64,000 nucleotides of DNA from Thermoproteota archaeon (GTDB lineage: Archaea; Thermoproteota; Thermoprotei_A; Sulfolobales; Ignisphaeraceae): NCBI GenBank assembly GCA_030550585.1, contig JAUQPB010000001.1, forward strand, positions 128,001-192,000, read 5' to 3'. The translations under genes were made by a program, and so were the position numbers. The notes under the pieces are model-generated. The model made no database searches and had not been told where the DNA came from. It saw nothing but the letters and a program-made list of their open reading frames with translations. Below are positions 20,461 through 30,895 of this stretch, piece after piece. How positions within the stretch are numbered: position 1 is the first letter of the stretch; every line of letters begins with the position of its first letter.

Positions 20461-21251
20461 TTCCTATACAATGTGGGGACGCTTTCAAGCAGACGCTTGG
20501 TGTATTCGTGCTTCGGGTTTTTAAGTAGTTCGTCAGGAGGCCCCATGTCAACTATTTTGCCTTTGTACATGACGAAGATTCTGTCTGACACATAGTATGC
20601 CAATCCCATGTCATGGGTTATGAATATTGTTGATGTTCTGTAATCTTCTCGCAAGTCGATGAAAAGCTTTATTATGGCTCCTCTCATGGATGCGTCTATC
20701 ATGGAAACAGGTTCATCGGCTATGATAAGCTTTGGTTTTAGCAGCCAACATCTTGCAATCATGATTCTTTGTCTCTGCCCTCCAGATAGTTGGTGAGGAT
20801 ATTTTCCGAGAACATCCTCTGGAACTAGACCAACATATGATAGTGCTTCTCTTATTAGTTTCCTGCCCTCATTAGATGACGGATCTATGCCTATAAGTTC
20901 CAGCGCCTGGTTAAGAACCCTGTCAATTGTGTAGACAGGGTTGTAGCTTGCGTATGGGTCTTGGAAAACTGCGTGCACGTTTCTCCAATACATTTTTAAT
21001 TCTTCTTTAGAGCGTATAGCCCTCCAAATATCCTTTCCATTGAATTTTATAACTCCACTTGTTGGGGGAAGCAATCTTAGTATCATCTTAGCTGTTGTTG
21101 TTTTCCCCGATCCACTCTCTCCTACGAGTGATATCACCTCCCCTTCTTTAACATCAAATGAAACGTTGTCGACGGCTACAATCCTTCTCTTTCTTACGAA
21201 TCCTGCTTCATATATTTTTGTCAGGTTTTTTACTTCTAGAATTGTGCTCAT
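20445..21251 (-). CDS. Dpp/Opp-family ABC ATPase (DppF-like)
   Basis: GESGSGKTT, LSGGQRQR, IIADEP, ITHD. Confidence 0.93.
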   Translation of the reverse strand: MSTILEVKNLTKIYEAGFVRKRRIVAVDNVSFDVKEGEVISLVGESGSGKTTTAKMILRLLPPTSGVIKFNGKDIWRAIRSKEELKMYWRNVHAVFQDPYASYNPVYTIDRVLNQALELIGIDPSSNEGRKLIREALSYVGLVPEDVLGKYPHQLSGGQRQRIMIARCWLLKPKLIIADEPVSMIDASMRGAIIKLFIDLREDYRTSTIFITHDMGLAYYVSDRIFVMYKGKIVDMGPPDELLKNPKHEYTKRLLESVPTLYRKWTWE

Positions 21252-21262
21252 GTGGTCTCACC

Positions 21263-22267
21263 TCACTTTTTTGCATAAAGCCAGCATGCAACAAAACGCC
21301 CCTTCTCAACCTCTATCATAGGCGGCTCCTCCCTCCTACAAACATCCATTGCATATGGGCACCTAGGGTGGAACCTACAGCCTAAGGGTGGGTTAGACAG
21401 ATCTGGTGGTTGTCCTGGGATATATTTCAACCCTCGTTTTCTCACCTCCTCTTCTGGCGTTAGGACAGAGCCCATTAACCCATCTGTGTATGGGTGAAGA
21501 GGCTTCCCTATAACATCTTCGATTGGCCCATCCTCAACTATTTTACCAGCATACATAACAACTATCCTGGTTGCTAACTGCCTTACGGTTGCAATATCAT
21601 GTGTTATGAATATGATGCTTTTTATAATATTCTTTTTGTATACATCCAAAAAGGTCTTTAAAACCATCTTTTGTGTAACAACATCAAGTGCTGATGTGGG
21701 CTCGTCGGCTATGAGAAGCCTTGGATTCAGAAGAGTTGCTATTGCTATCACGGCCCTCTGTCTCATACCACCCGACAATTCAAATGGGTACATGTTTATA
21801 GCCATTTCAGGTAATCCCAGCTCCTTGAATCTCTTTAAAGCAAGTCCAATGACCTCATCTTCATCTGCATTAGGATCATGGGATTTTACAACATCTAAAA
21901 TTATCCTTCTAATTCTTAGTGTAGGCATTAGAGCGTTTAAGGCTGCTTGTGGTATGACGGCTATCTCTCTTCCCCACACCCTCTCTTTCAAAAAGTCTCT
22001 GCCAAGCTTTTGAAGTTCTAAAACACCGTCCTGGGCATATAGCTTTACGGATCCACCAGCAAAAAACAGTGGAGGTCTAATATTCATCATAATAACATTC
22101 GCAAGCGTTGATTTGCCACATCCACTCTCTCCAACAATACCAACAATCTCACCTTCAAACACCTTGAGAGATACTCCATCAACAGCTCTGATAATTCTTT
22201 GAATAGGTCCTATGACTTGTCTGTAATATGCCCTCACATCGCTTAACTCCATTAGTGGTTTACTCAT
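21263..22267 (-). CDS. Dpp/Opp-family ABC ATPase (DppD-like)
   Basis: GESGCGKST, LSGGMRQR, HPYT, GCRFHPRC C-terminal domain. Confidence 0.93.
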   Translation of the reverse strand: MSKPLMELSDVRAYYRQVIGPIQRIIRAVDGVSLKVFEGEIVGIVGESGCGKSTLANVIMMNIRPPLFFAGGSVKLYAQDGVLELQKLGRDFLKERVWGREIAVIPQAALNALMPTLRIRRIILDVVKSHDPNADEDEVIGLALKRFKELGLPEMAINMYPFELSGGMRQRAVIAIATLLNPRLLIADEPTSALDVVTQKMVLKTFLDVYKKNIIKSIIFITHDIATVRQLATRIVVMYAGKIVEDGPIEDVIGKPLHPYTDGLMGSVLTPEEEVRKRGLKYIPGQPPDLSNPPLGCRFHPRCPYAMDVCRREEPPMIEVEKGRFVACWLYAKK

Positions 22268-22356
22268 AAACTACACCATAAAATCTGTTTAACAAGTTTG
22301 TATATAAAGTTTTAAGAGGTTATACAAATTAAGTGCTTCATACCCTTTCATCTTTT

Positions 22357-23874
22357 TCATCTCGCTAATATAGCTGCCTCAGCAATCTTCTGCTCTGTAG
22401 CCTCACCTCTACTAAACTCTGCAACAATCGTGCCATTCCTCATAACAAGTATTCTATCACTCATATTCAGAACCTCTGGGAGCTCCGAGGATATTAGAAT
22501 TATTGCCTTGCCCTCCTTTGCAGCTTCAACCATAAGCTTTCTAATTTCCACCTTTGCCCCAACATCAACGCCATGTGTAGGCTCATCAAGTATTAGAACC
22601 TTTGCTCCAGTAGCCAAAAGCTTTGCTATGGCGACCTTCTGCCTGTTTCCTCCACTAAGATACATTGTTCTTCTATGGGGATCTCTTGGAACTATTCTAA
22701 GCCTTTCGATGAAGGAGCTGGCAATTTGATGCTCTTTCCTCAGATTGATGGGCGATATTAGCCCCATTTCAAAGATTTTTAAGGAGCTTGCTATTGGAAG
22801 CGATATATTCTCTTTAATGCTCATGAGATATACCAAGGCCTGTCTCCAATCCTCAGGCAGATACACAATGCCATTTGCAATCGCATCAGAAGGCTTCTTT
22901 ATGTCTACAACCTTGCCTTCCAAGATGATCTCGCCTGAGGCCCTAGGTCTATAGCCTATTAGTGTTTGCGCCATTTCTGTTCTTCCAGAACCTACAATGC
23001 CATATATCCCCAGTATCTCTCCTCTTCTAACATAGAACGACACATTCTTTATGAAGCCAGTTGCATCGGAGAGGTTCCTAACCTCAAGAATCTTATCGCC
23101 TATCTCTACATGCTCCTTTGGGAAAAACTCCCTAACTTCCCTAGCTATCATAGCCTTTATAATCTCATTCATATCGAATTGCTCCTTCGAAAACTCCTTA
23201 ACTATCTCTCCATCCCTCATAACAACTATTCTATCAGCAACCCTCATAACTTCTTCGATTTTGTGGCTAACAAAAATTATTGATATGCCCATCGACCTTA
23301 ACTTCAACATTAACTTGAGCAGCTGCTCTACTTCGAATGGCCCCAGCGCTGACGTGGGCTCATCAAAGGCAACCAGCTTTGCCTTGAAATACAATGCTCT
23401 GGCAATCAATGTTATTTGGGCTACTGCAGCTCCAACATCCTTCCCCTTTATCCTCGGATCAATATCTATACCAAGTTCCTTAAACAATTGTCGTGCAATC
23501 TCTATCTCCTCAGACTCTGACTTTGGACTAAACAACCAGCCTTTTTCTGTACCGAGAAATATGTTCTCCGCCAAAGACAAATTCCAAACCAATACGATAT
23601 CTTGTGGTATGTACATAATACCATGTTTTAGCGCTTCCAACGGAGACGAAAATTCAACTGTTCTTCCAAGCCAAGTTATTTTGCCACTATCCTTCCTTAT
23701 AACCCCTGTCAAAATTTTTAAAAGAGTTGATTTTCCCGCACCATTTTCTCCAACGAGCCCAAGAATCTCGGCCTCTCTAACCTTCATAGAAACGTTCCTT
23801 ACTGCAACAACACCGGGAAACCTTTTCCAAATATTTTCAGCCGATAAAATAACTCTTTTCTCGTTCAACTGCAT
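22357..23874 (-). CDS. CUT2 monosaccharide ABC transporter ATPase (RbsA/MglA type)
   Basis: GENGAGKSTL, DEPT, second domain LSGGNRQKV and DEPTHGVDVGAK; start trimmed to ATG 23874. Confidence 0.93.
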   Translation of the reverse strand: MQLNEKRVILSAENIWKRFPGVVAVRNVSMKVREAEILGLVGENGAGKSTLLKILTGVIRKDSGKITWLGRTVEFSSPLEALKHGIMYIPQDIVLVWNLSLAENIFLGTEKGWLFSPKSESEEIEIARQLFKELGIDIDPRIKGKDVGAAVAQITLIARALYFKAKLVAFDEPTSALGPFEVEQLLKLMLKLRSMGISIIFVSHKIEEVMRVADRIVVMRDGEIVKEFSKEQFDMNEIIKAMIAREVREFFPKEHVEIGDKILEVRNLSDATGFIKNVSFYVRRGEILGIYGIVGSGRTEMAQTLIGYRPRASGEIILEGKVVDIKKPSDAIANGIVYLPEDWRQALVYLMSIKENISLPIASSLKIFEMGLISPINLRKEHQIASSFIERLRIVPRDPHRRTMYLSGGNRQKVAIAKLLATGAKVLILDEPTHGVDVGAKVEIRKLMVEAAKEGKAIILISSELPEVLNMSDRILVMRNGTIVAEFSRGEATEQKIAEAAILAR

Positions 23875-23975
23875 CACTTTAACAGTTATTTTGCTGGTTG
23901 CTATCCAGTATTGAAAGTTGAAAAGCTTAAATTTTTTCAACATTCTAAATCTCTTATTGCCTAGAGGTTGTAGCA

Positions 23976-24941
23976 ATGAGCGTGAGGTTAGAGGATATAG
24001 TAAGGGGCAGGGTAACACTATTCAATATATTCATAGCAATAGTGGTAATAGCTATTATAACAGGCTTCATAAACCCCAAGTTTTGGGAGCCTGGCAACTG
24101 GCAAGCTCTTCTAACATGGTATCTAGGTCTTAGTGTCTTGGCTATGGGAGAGTCAATGGTTTTAATAACTGGTGGTATAGACCTATCTGTAGGATCAATA
24201 GCATCTGCCTCATCTATGCTCCTAGCAATAGCTTTGGATAGATGGGGCCTTCCTCTAGCCCTTTCAATAGTATTTGTATTAATAGTCACCACATTAATAG
24301 GAATGTTTCACGGGTTTTTCGTAAGTATATTCTCACCTCCACTACCGCAAATAATGCCGGCATTCATAATCACGTTAGCCGATAACATATTTTGGGGAGG
24401 ATTTGCAACAGCAATTACACTAGGATGGCCAATACCGCTATATAAATACTCAGATCTATCGGTTATAGCAACTCCATGGATGCTAGCCTTAATACTCATT
24501 ATAGTAGCAGTTATATCAATCTATATCCAGAGATATAGCATCATAGGTAGATACATATATGCAATAGGCGGAAACATAGAGGCGGCAAGACTAAGTGGAG
24601 TTCCCATCAACAAGACCAGAGTCTTTGCCTATAGCTATAGCGCTCTATGCGCAGGTATTGCAGGGATAATATTTACAGCTCTAATGATGACAGGATACCC
24701 AGGTGTTGGAAGAGGACAAGAACTCTACGCCATAGCGTCAAACGCTATAGGTGGGGTTAGCCTAGCTGGCGGAGAGGGAATAGCTCTAGGCGCAGCAATA
24801 GGCGCTTTTCTAATAACATTAATTAGAAATGCCCTTGTACTAAGCGGCGTCACACCATATTGGTATGACCCAATTACTGGTGTCATACTTGGTGTTGCTG
24901 TTACAATAGACTTGTATAGAAGAGTTAGAGGAGTTAGGTAA
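23976..24941 (+). CDS. CUT2 sugar ABC permease (RbsC type)
   Basis: TGGIDLSVGS, GRYIYAIGGNIEAARLSG, IGGVSLAGG. Confidence 0.93.
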   Translation: MSVRLEDIVRGRVTLFNIFIAIVVIAIITGFINPKFWEPGNWQALLTWYLGLSVLAMGESMVLITGGIDLSVGSIASASSMLLAIALDRWGLPLALSIVFVLIVTTLIGMFHGFFVSIFSPPLPQIMPAFIITLADNIFWGGFATAITLGWPIPLYKYSDLSVIATPWMLALILIIVAVISIYIQRYSIIGRYIYAIGGNIEAARLSGVPINKTRVFAYSYSALCAGIAGIIFTALMMTGYPGVGRGQELYAIASNAIGGVSLAGGEGIALGAAIGAFLITLIRNALVLSGVTPYWYDPITGVILGVAVTIDLYRRVRGVR

Positions 24942-25035
24942 TATACAGAGTTATATCTACCACTTAAGCATAAAAATATAGACTTTTAAACCAGGTTTTA
25001 CAGCTATACTAAATTGGCTAAATTGGGGGTGGCAA

Positions 25036-26178
25036 ATGAAAGGAATAACAAAGACAACTTTAATAGTAATTGTAGTGGCGATCATAGTTATTGCAGTTGC
25101 TGGTGGCTTAGGTGCATGGTGGTGGCTTTCCCACCAACAGCCAAAGCCCAGCAAGCTTGTATTTGTTGTGATAGGCAAATCTGTACACCCGTATTGGTCT
25201 GTTGTCGAGGCTGGCGTGAAGAAGGCTGGTCAAGAGCTTGGTGTTGACGCTATTTTCTGGGTTCCACAGAAGGAGGATGTGCAGGCCCAGTTGAGCACCA
25301 TGGATTCTTACATTGCTCAGAAGGTTGCAGGAATAGCTATTGCACCATCTGACCCAAGTGCTGCAACGCCATATATTAACAAGGCTATTCAGCAGGGGAT
25401 TCCTGTAATAACGATAGATACCGATGCCCCGCAGTCAAATAGGTATGCGTATCTCGGAACAGGCAACTATAAAGCTGGTTGGCTAGCAGGGCTAGTGGCA
25501 TGGCAATTAGCCAAGGAAAAAGGGTATATAAAGCCTGGGGCAACAATAAAGGTAGCTATGTTAACAGGTTCTCTAACTGCTATGAACTCCCTTGAGAGAA
25601 TGGCAGGATTCAAAGATGCTATAATGAACTGTTCTCAAAAAGACCCCGATATAAAGGGCAACATCAATATTATTTGGCTTGGACCTTACAATGACCAGGA
25701 GGATCCAACACAAGCACTAAACTTAGCGCTATCTGCTATTCAAGCCAATCCTGATCTAACAATAGCATTCGGGGTATATGCTTACGACGGTCCAGCATGG
25801 GCAAAGGCTCTGCAACAAGCTGGTGTACCGCCGGGGAAGGTGATTCTAGTCGAATTCGATGTCACATCAGATAATGTTCCACCACTTCAACAGGGCTACG
25901 CGCTTGTTACTGTTGCTCAGAGACAGTATTTCATGGGCTACTATGGGGTAAAGCTACTATACAATATGACTAAGTATGGTGTTGACAACGCACTCAAGAA
26001 CTTCATACCTGGCTATCCAAACAACAAGATATACGATACTGGCGTAGACCTCGTTGGAACACAGCACATGGAATTCACAGCACCAACAGGAGAGAAGATC
26101 ACCGTGGTATCTCTAAGCGAATACAAGCAGATTGTGCAGAACCTTGGCATAGACCCGTCGCTTCTTGGGTTAAGCTAA
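25036..26178 (+). CDS. Sugar ABC substrate-binding protein (RbsB type), membrane anchored
   Basis: N-terminal TM anchor, HPYW, GIPVITIDTD, GTGNYKAG, ER..GF. Confidence 0.92.
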   Translation: MKGITKTTLIVIVVAIIVIAVAGGLGAWWWLSHQQPKPSKLVFVVIGKSVHPYWSVVEAGVKKAGQELGVDAIFWVPQKEDVQAQLSTMDSYIAQKVAGIAIAPSDPSAATPYINKAIQQGIPVITIDTDAPQSNRYAYLGTGNYKAGWLAGLVAWQLAKEKGYIKPGATIKVAMLTGSLTAMNSLERMAGFKDAIMNCSQKDPDIKGNINIIWLGPYNDQEDPTQALNLALSAIQANPDLTIAFGVYAYDGPAWAKALQQAGVPPGKVILVEFDVTSDNVPPLQQGYALVTVAQRQYFMGYYGVKLLYNMTKYGVDNALKNFIPGYPNNKIYDTGVDLVGTQHMEFTAPTGEKITVVSLSEYKQIVQNLGIDPSLLGLS

Positions 26179-26232
26179 ATCAAATCTCTATTTTTTTAAA
26201 TTATCTTTGGTATATTATTCGCCTCGATTGCT

Positions 26233-26282
26233 TCAGAGCTACTCCGGTTTCATCACAGTTCATTGCCATCGCCACTCATCAT
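26233..26282 (-). ncRNA. Box C/D guide sRNA
   Basis: Minus strand: ATGATGA-GTGGCGATGGCA-ATGA-ACT-GTGATGA-AACCGGAGTAGCT-CTGA (C, D', C', D with 12-13 nt guides), intergenic. Confidence 0.8.
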
Positions 26283-26361
26283 CTAAAACAATGGTATTCT
26301 TGTCTGCTATATAAGGTTTAAAGAACTGGATATGCTAATGGTTTTGTAGCTTTGAGTATCT

Positions 26362-26898
26362 GTGCGAGTGGTTGTCTTGAGTTGTAGTAGCAGCGATAAA
26401 AAATGTTATGTGTATGTGCCTCGACCCATTTGCGGTGTGTTTAGTGGTAAGGGGGAGGTGTATAGACGTCTAAATAATTCGTGTATACAGGTAAACACCG
26501 CCAATGTCCAGGGGGTTGTAGTGAGTCTCGAAAATGGTATAAGGGCTTTTGCTGAAGGTTTTAATGAAATAGCACAGTGCATTATTACTATAAGGGGCTG
26601 TGGTGGAACGTCAATAGCTATCGTGTTTGATGGTAGGAAAAAGATTTTTTATGGTGTTCTAGATGCTCTCTACACCAACAGCGATCTTGGTAAAATAGTT
26701 GATGTGGTTCTAGATTTCTTGGGCAGAAGCACGCAGATTGGCTGTTTGAAGGAGTTGAAAGCTGTTTACACCATTGCTGATGAGGCTATAAAGCTGAGGT
26801 TTAGATGTAGATTCGATTTAAATGTGCTGAAAGCTATAATACTTGATGCTATCTTCTTGGCATTCTTCTTTGCTAATATACAAATCCTTCAAGTCTAA
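26362..26898 (+). CDS. Hypothetical Cys-rich protein
   Basis: 178-aa ORF preceded by a TATA-like TATATAAG; no recognised motif. Confidence 0.5.
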   Translation: MRVVVLSCSSSDKKCYVYVPRPICGVFSGKGEVYRRLNNSCIQVNTANVQGVVVSLENGIRAFAEGFNEIAQCIITIRGCGGTSIAIVFDGRKKIFYGVLDALYTNSDLGKIVDVVLDFLGRSTQIGCLKELKAVYTIADEAIKLRFRCRFDLNVLKAIILDAIFLAFFFANIQILQV

Positions 26899-28132
26899 TT
26901 TGAGGGGCAATCTCACTTACGATCCAACCTTTTTCTTCTGATACCCTAGTTCTGGGGTTTTTCGATATTGCATTAACTGTTTTGAGTGTTTGGAGAGGAA
27001 CTCTAACCTCTCTAATCTTTATGGATTCAACTATCTCTCCATTTTCTATTAGAAAACTTGTTTGTGGGACAATCCTTATATACCCCTCTTCCAACATTGC
27101 TATTGATATTCCATCTATGAGAAAACCCCTTTTAGTTTCTTCTATCATTTCCCTCTCGCCCCAGTCTCCAGAGGCTAGAACAAGTGTTGTGTGGAATGGC
27201 GTGGGGTTTGTGAAGAGTCCGTGGGCCGAACCCGGTTCTGATGAAAATGATTTTGCTGTTGCCCTAGTGTGGTGCAGGTCTCTGATAACACCATTTTCTA
27301 TGAGCACTCTCTTCCTAGTTGTAACGCCCTCGTCATCAAAGAACCTTATAGCTGGGGTGTCATGTGTGTTCGGCTCGTCATATAGGTTGAACTCATCTGG
27401 AAACAGCTTAAACCCAATTAGCCTTATGCTATGTGGATACAATGGGCTTAGCATATGGGATATCTCGTGGATTAGAGCAGCTGTAGCCTCGTTGCCTAGG
27501 ATTATCTGAGATCTTCCAACTTCGTAGGGCTTCAAAGCCTTTACTTTAATGTTTTTACCGATCCTCGAAACAGTGTCTCTGAACAGCAGATCTATATTTC
27601 TCACAATTGAGTTTGCAGACCATGCAACAAAGGCGCTATGAGATGAAGCAAAAATGTTTTGACCATATGTTGTTGTGCCGAGAAACCCTATCTCAATATC
27701 TACAAACTTCTTTGATTCCTTGGCCTCATCCCCACCCTCTCTAGAGATAGTCCTCACCCTATGATGCATACCCACAACAATTTCACATTTAACATTATAA
27801 GAGGCTTTGACCTCTTGACACAGTTCTGTAACAAGTTTAGCAACCTCATCCTCTGACGGAAACTCCTTACCTATTTCAACAGATCCCTTGAACAGCTCAG
27901 CCTCTGAAAAATCGCTACAGACACTATCTCTTGCTAGACTCAAAGCCCTCTTCTCCAAATCGCTAGGGTCTGCATCAACACCTTGCCTAGAGACTATATA
28001 CCAACATCCACCTCTATTAACCCTAGCGCCAATAACGCTAGCTGTAAGGCTGTTTATCTCGATAGAGCCATCCCTATAAGAAATCTGTGTAACAGTCTCC
28101 TGATATCTAACTCTATCAATGTAAATATTCAT
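26873..28132 (-). CDS. TldD/PmbA-family protein (TldD-like)
   Basis: HEISH, FFDDEGV, LIENG and GDW..EMIEE motifs. Confidence 0.82.
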   Translation of the reverse strand: MNIYIDRVRYQETVTQISYRDGSIEINSLTASVIGARVNRGGCWYIVSRQGVDADPSDLEKRALSLARDSVCSDFSEAELFKGSVEIGKEFPSEDEVAKLVTELCQEVKASYNVKCEIVVGMHHRVRTISREGGDEAKESKKFVDIEIGFLGTTTYGQNIFASSHSAFVAWSANSIVRNIDLLFRDTVSRIGKNIKVKALKPYEVGRSQIILGNEATAALIHEISHMLSPLYPHSIRLIGFKLFPDEFNLYDEPNTHDTPAIRFFDDEGVTTRKRVLIENGVIRDLHHTRATAKSFSSEPGSAHGLFTNPTPFHTTLVLASGDWGEREMIEETKRGFLIDGISIAMLEEGYIRIVPQTSFLIENGEIVESIKIREVRVPLQTLKTVNAISKNPRTRVSEEKGWIVSEIAPQIRLEGFVY

Positions 28133-28453
28133 GGGATCACCGCTGATTATCTGTATTATGCTGGCATAAAGAGCTTAAGAGCCTAACCATTTGCCCAAGC
28201 CATAGCAACATTTATCAATTCATGGCGGATCACATCTCCTACTGCTAGGGTTCATTCTGGTTTCCCCGCCCTCTGCACCCCCTTGGAGCTGAAAACATCA
28301 GCTACATCTTTACTGCATTGAAACTGTTTCTTTCCATTCTTCATAATGGTATTATGCCTTCAGGTCTACCATACCCATCTAATGTTCGTCTACCATCACT
28401 GGACTACTTCAATCCAAGGCCAATATTTTAGAATCCTAAGAAATTGTTCAGAA

Positions 28454-29377
28454 TTACTTTGACCGGCGTATGTTAAATGGACGCCTCAACTCGTTGACTG
28501 CTATAAAAGCTTTTCTAATTCCATCCAAATCTATGTTGGGTCTTAGAAAGGGCTTTAGATCGATCCCCCTTGCAGACATTATGCACGGCAACAAAACACC
28601 GTTTGCTGTTAGCCTAATTCTGTTGCAGTACATACAGAAATATGTGTTGTGCAACCATTTGACAATCTCAACCTCGATTCCGGTATCAAGAATGTAAACG
28701 GGTCTGTGATGCAAATCTCTAAAATATTTCCTAGTTGCCACACCTTCTAGATACTTTATGATGCTGTCCAAAGGCTTGTAAAGCTTTTTGAAAACAGTGC
28801 TTGGCACGGATATCGGTTCGAGCTCTATGAATCTGAGTCTGTATCCGTGGCTAGATGCAAACTCTATGAAATCTTTGTACTCATCGTCATTAATGCTGTT
28901 CAATACTACGACATTTATTGTAACAGGTTTTAGGCCAGCCTCCAAAGCTGTTTCCAGACCTTTTAGCACCTTGTCTAATGCGTCCAAACCTGTGACATAT
29001 CTATACCTCTCTCTGTTAAGCGATGGGACAGACACATTAACTCTCCTCAAACCCGCCTCCGCCAACTTCTCTGCGTATACCTCGAGCCAATAGCCATTAG
29101 TAGTCATAGACAAGTCGCTCGGCTTGTGATCTGAAATAGCCTTTACTATCTCCACTATATCTCTTCTGACAAGTGGTTCGCCACCTGTAATCTTATACTC
29201 CCTTATACCGAGAGAAGTGGCTACATATGCTATGGCCTTGTACTCCTCTGGTGAAAGCCCACGACCATCGTTTACCAGACCTTCTCTATGGCAGTAGATA
29301 CAGTGGTAGTTACAGCTACTTGTAACACTAATTCTTAGATTTCTGAGCTCCCTCCCCCACTTGTCGACAAGTAGCAA
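28454..29377 (-). CDS. moaA: GTP 3',8-cyclase
   Basis: DKWGR..LRISVT.SCNYHCIYC, ITGGEPL, FCMYCNRIRLTA.G.L.PC. Confidence 0.93.
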   Translation of the reverse strand: MLLVDKWGRELRNLRISVTSSCNYHCIYCHREGLVNDGRGLSPEEYKAIAYVATSLGIREYKITGGEPLVRRDIVEIVKAISDHKPSDLSMTTNGYWLEVYAEKLAEAGLRRVNVSVPSLNRERYRYVTGLDALDKVLKGLETALEAGLKPVTINVVVLNSINDDEYKDFIEFASSHGYRLRFIELEPISVPSTVFKKLYKPLDSIIKYLEGVATRKYFRDLHHRPVYILDTGIEVEIVKWLHNTYFCMYCNRIRLTANGVLLPCIMSARGIDLKPFLRPNIDLDGIRKAFIAVNELRRPFNIRRSK

Positions 29378-29504
29378 AACAAGCCACTCAAACCACTTAT
29401 GGCATAGATCATCATAAATTAGAGCTGTTCTGAAATATAAGCTTAGTTAATATGAATGTTAATACAAGTTAACAAGTTAGCACACATCTTAAGGAACACT
29501 AAAA

Positions 29505-30824
29505 ATGATCAATGATGTGTGTCTTGCAATAGTATACGACAAGGACAACAGATATAGTGCAAACGCCTTGATAGCAGCTGTAGAATCTAGAAACCCTGGT
29601 TTACATGTAGCAAGAATACCACTATACAAATCGTTTGACGTGATCCAACAAATCATTGATTTGAACAAGTATTGTAAGAGAGTTATTGTTGGATTCTCGT
29701 TCATGACCCCACAAATCCTAGTTGTTAGAGAGTTGGTTAGATTAGTTAAGTTGTATGCTCCCAACTCATTGCTTGTTGCTGGAGGGCCCCATGCAAGTGG
29801 CGATCCTCTTGGAACTCTAACAAAACTTGGTTTTGATGTTGTTGTGTATGGTGAGGGGGAGGACACTATAAACGATATTATTAAGAGTTACAGCGATAGT
29901 GGGGAGTACAGAGTTTGTGGAACAGCGTATTTAGATGGCGACAAGGTTTATATTAGGAGGAGGACAAAGCCTGTTGACCTAGATTCGTATCCCCCATTTC
30001 CATATTGGAGAGGTGCTGTAAATCCGATCGAGATTATGAGAGGATGTTCGTCAGCCTGCTTCTTCTGCCAAGTGACATACACCTTTGGTAGACCTAGATA
30101 CAGGAGCGTGGAGACCGTGGTTAAATATGCTAGAATCTCTATTGAAAAGGGCTTGAGGGATTTGAGGTTCATAGCGCCGAACTCGCTTGGCTATGGAAGC
30201 CCAGACGGTGTGAAGCCAAATCATGAAATGCTCTACAGCCTACTCAGCAAACTACATACTATGGCTAGCGAAAATGGGGGTAGAATCTTCTTCGGAACCT
30301 TTCCAAGCGAAATAAGGCCAGATTCAGTAGATACGGAATCGGCTGACATGCTAAGAAGGTTTGCAGACAATAGAAGGGTTATAATCGGTGCGCAAAGCGG
30401 TTCCAACAAAGTATTGAAAATGATTCACAGAGGTCATAGCATCGAGGATGTTGAAAACGCTATCAATATCCTTAGTGAAGAGGGGTTTGCAATAGATGTT
30501 GACCTCATATTTGGTTTTCCATTCGAAGACGAAAACGACTTTGAAGAAACGCTGGCCTTTATGAAGAGGATGGAGGATAAAAACGTTAGATACCACCTCC
30601 ACACATTTATACCACTACCTGGCACACCATTCTCGGACTTAGAGGCTAAACCGCTTAGCCCTGAGAAAAAGGCTCTGCTGGCAAAATTCATTGGTAGGGG
30701 TAAAGCCTATGGCTATTGGATGGAACAGGAAAGGATTTCTGCAATGATAAGATGGCTAAAACAGAATAGGGTCATCTATAGCCTCAATGATAACCTCAAA
30801 AGATCTAAAATCAGTGTATGCTGA
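29505..30824 (+). CDS. B12-binding domain radical SAM protein (TIGR04013-like)
   Basis: FSFMT, AGGPHASG, GEGE, RGCSSACFFC, EIRPD, GAQSGS. Confidence 0.88.
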   Translation: MINDVCLAIVYDKDNRYSANALIAAVESRNPGLHVARIPLYKSFDVIQQIIDLNKYCKRVIVGFSFMTPQILVVRELVRLVKLYAPNSLLVAGGPHASGDPLGTLTKLGFDVVVYGEGEDTINDIIKSYSDSGEYRVCGTAYLDGDKVYIRRRTKPVDLDSYPPFPYWRGAVNPIEIMRGCSSACFFCQVTYTFGRPRYRSVETVVKYARISIEKGLRDLRFIAPNSLGYGSPDGVKPNHEMLYSLLSKLHTMASENGGRIFFGTFPSEIRPDSVDTESADMLRRFADNRRVIIGAQSGSNKVLKMIHRGHSIEDVENAINILSEEGFAIDVDLIFGFPFEDENDFEETLAFMKRMEDKNVRYHLHTFIPLPGTPFSDLEAKPLSPEKKALLAKFIGRGKAYGYWMEQERISAMIRWLKQNRVIYSLNDNLKRSKISVC

Positions 30825-30895
30825 GCCATGCAAAGGATAGTGTAAAACCATGTAAAGACATTCTAGAGAAAAAACTTTATAATAAAAATACCTTT

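Noticed and set aside
23051-23914. Long antisense ORFs (this one, 8638-9558, 26982-27509, 48055-48609 and others)
   Set aside because: Ser/Ile/Phe-rich shadow frames opposite well-supported genes
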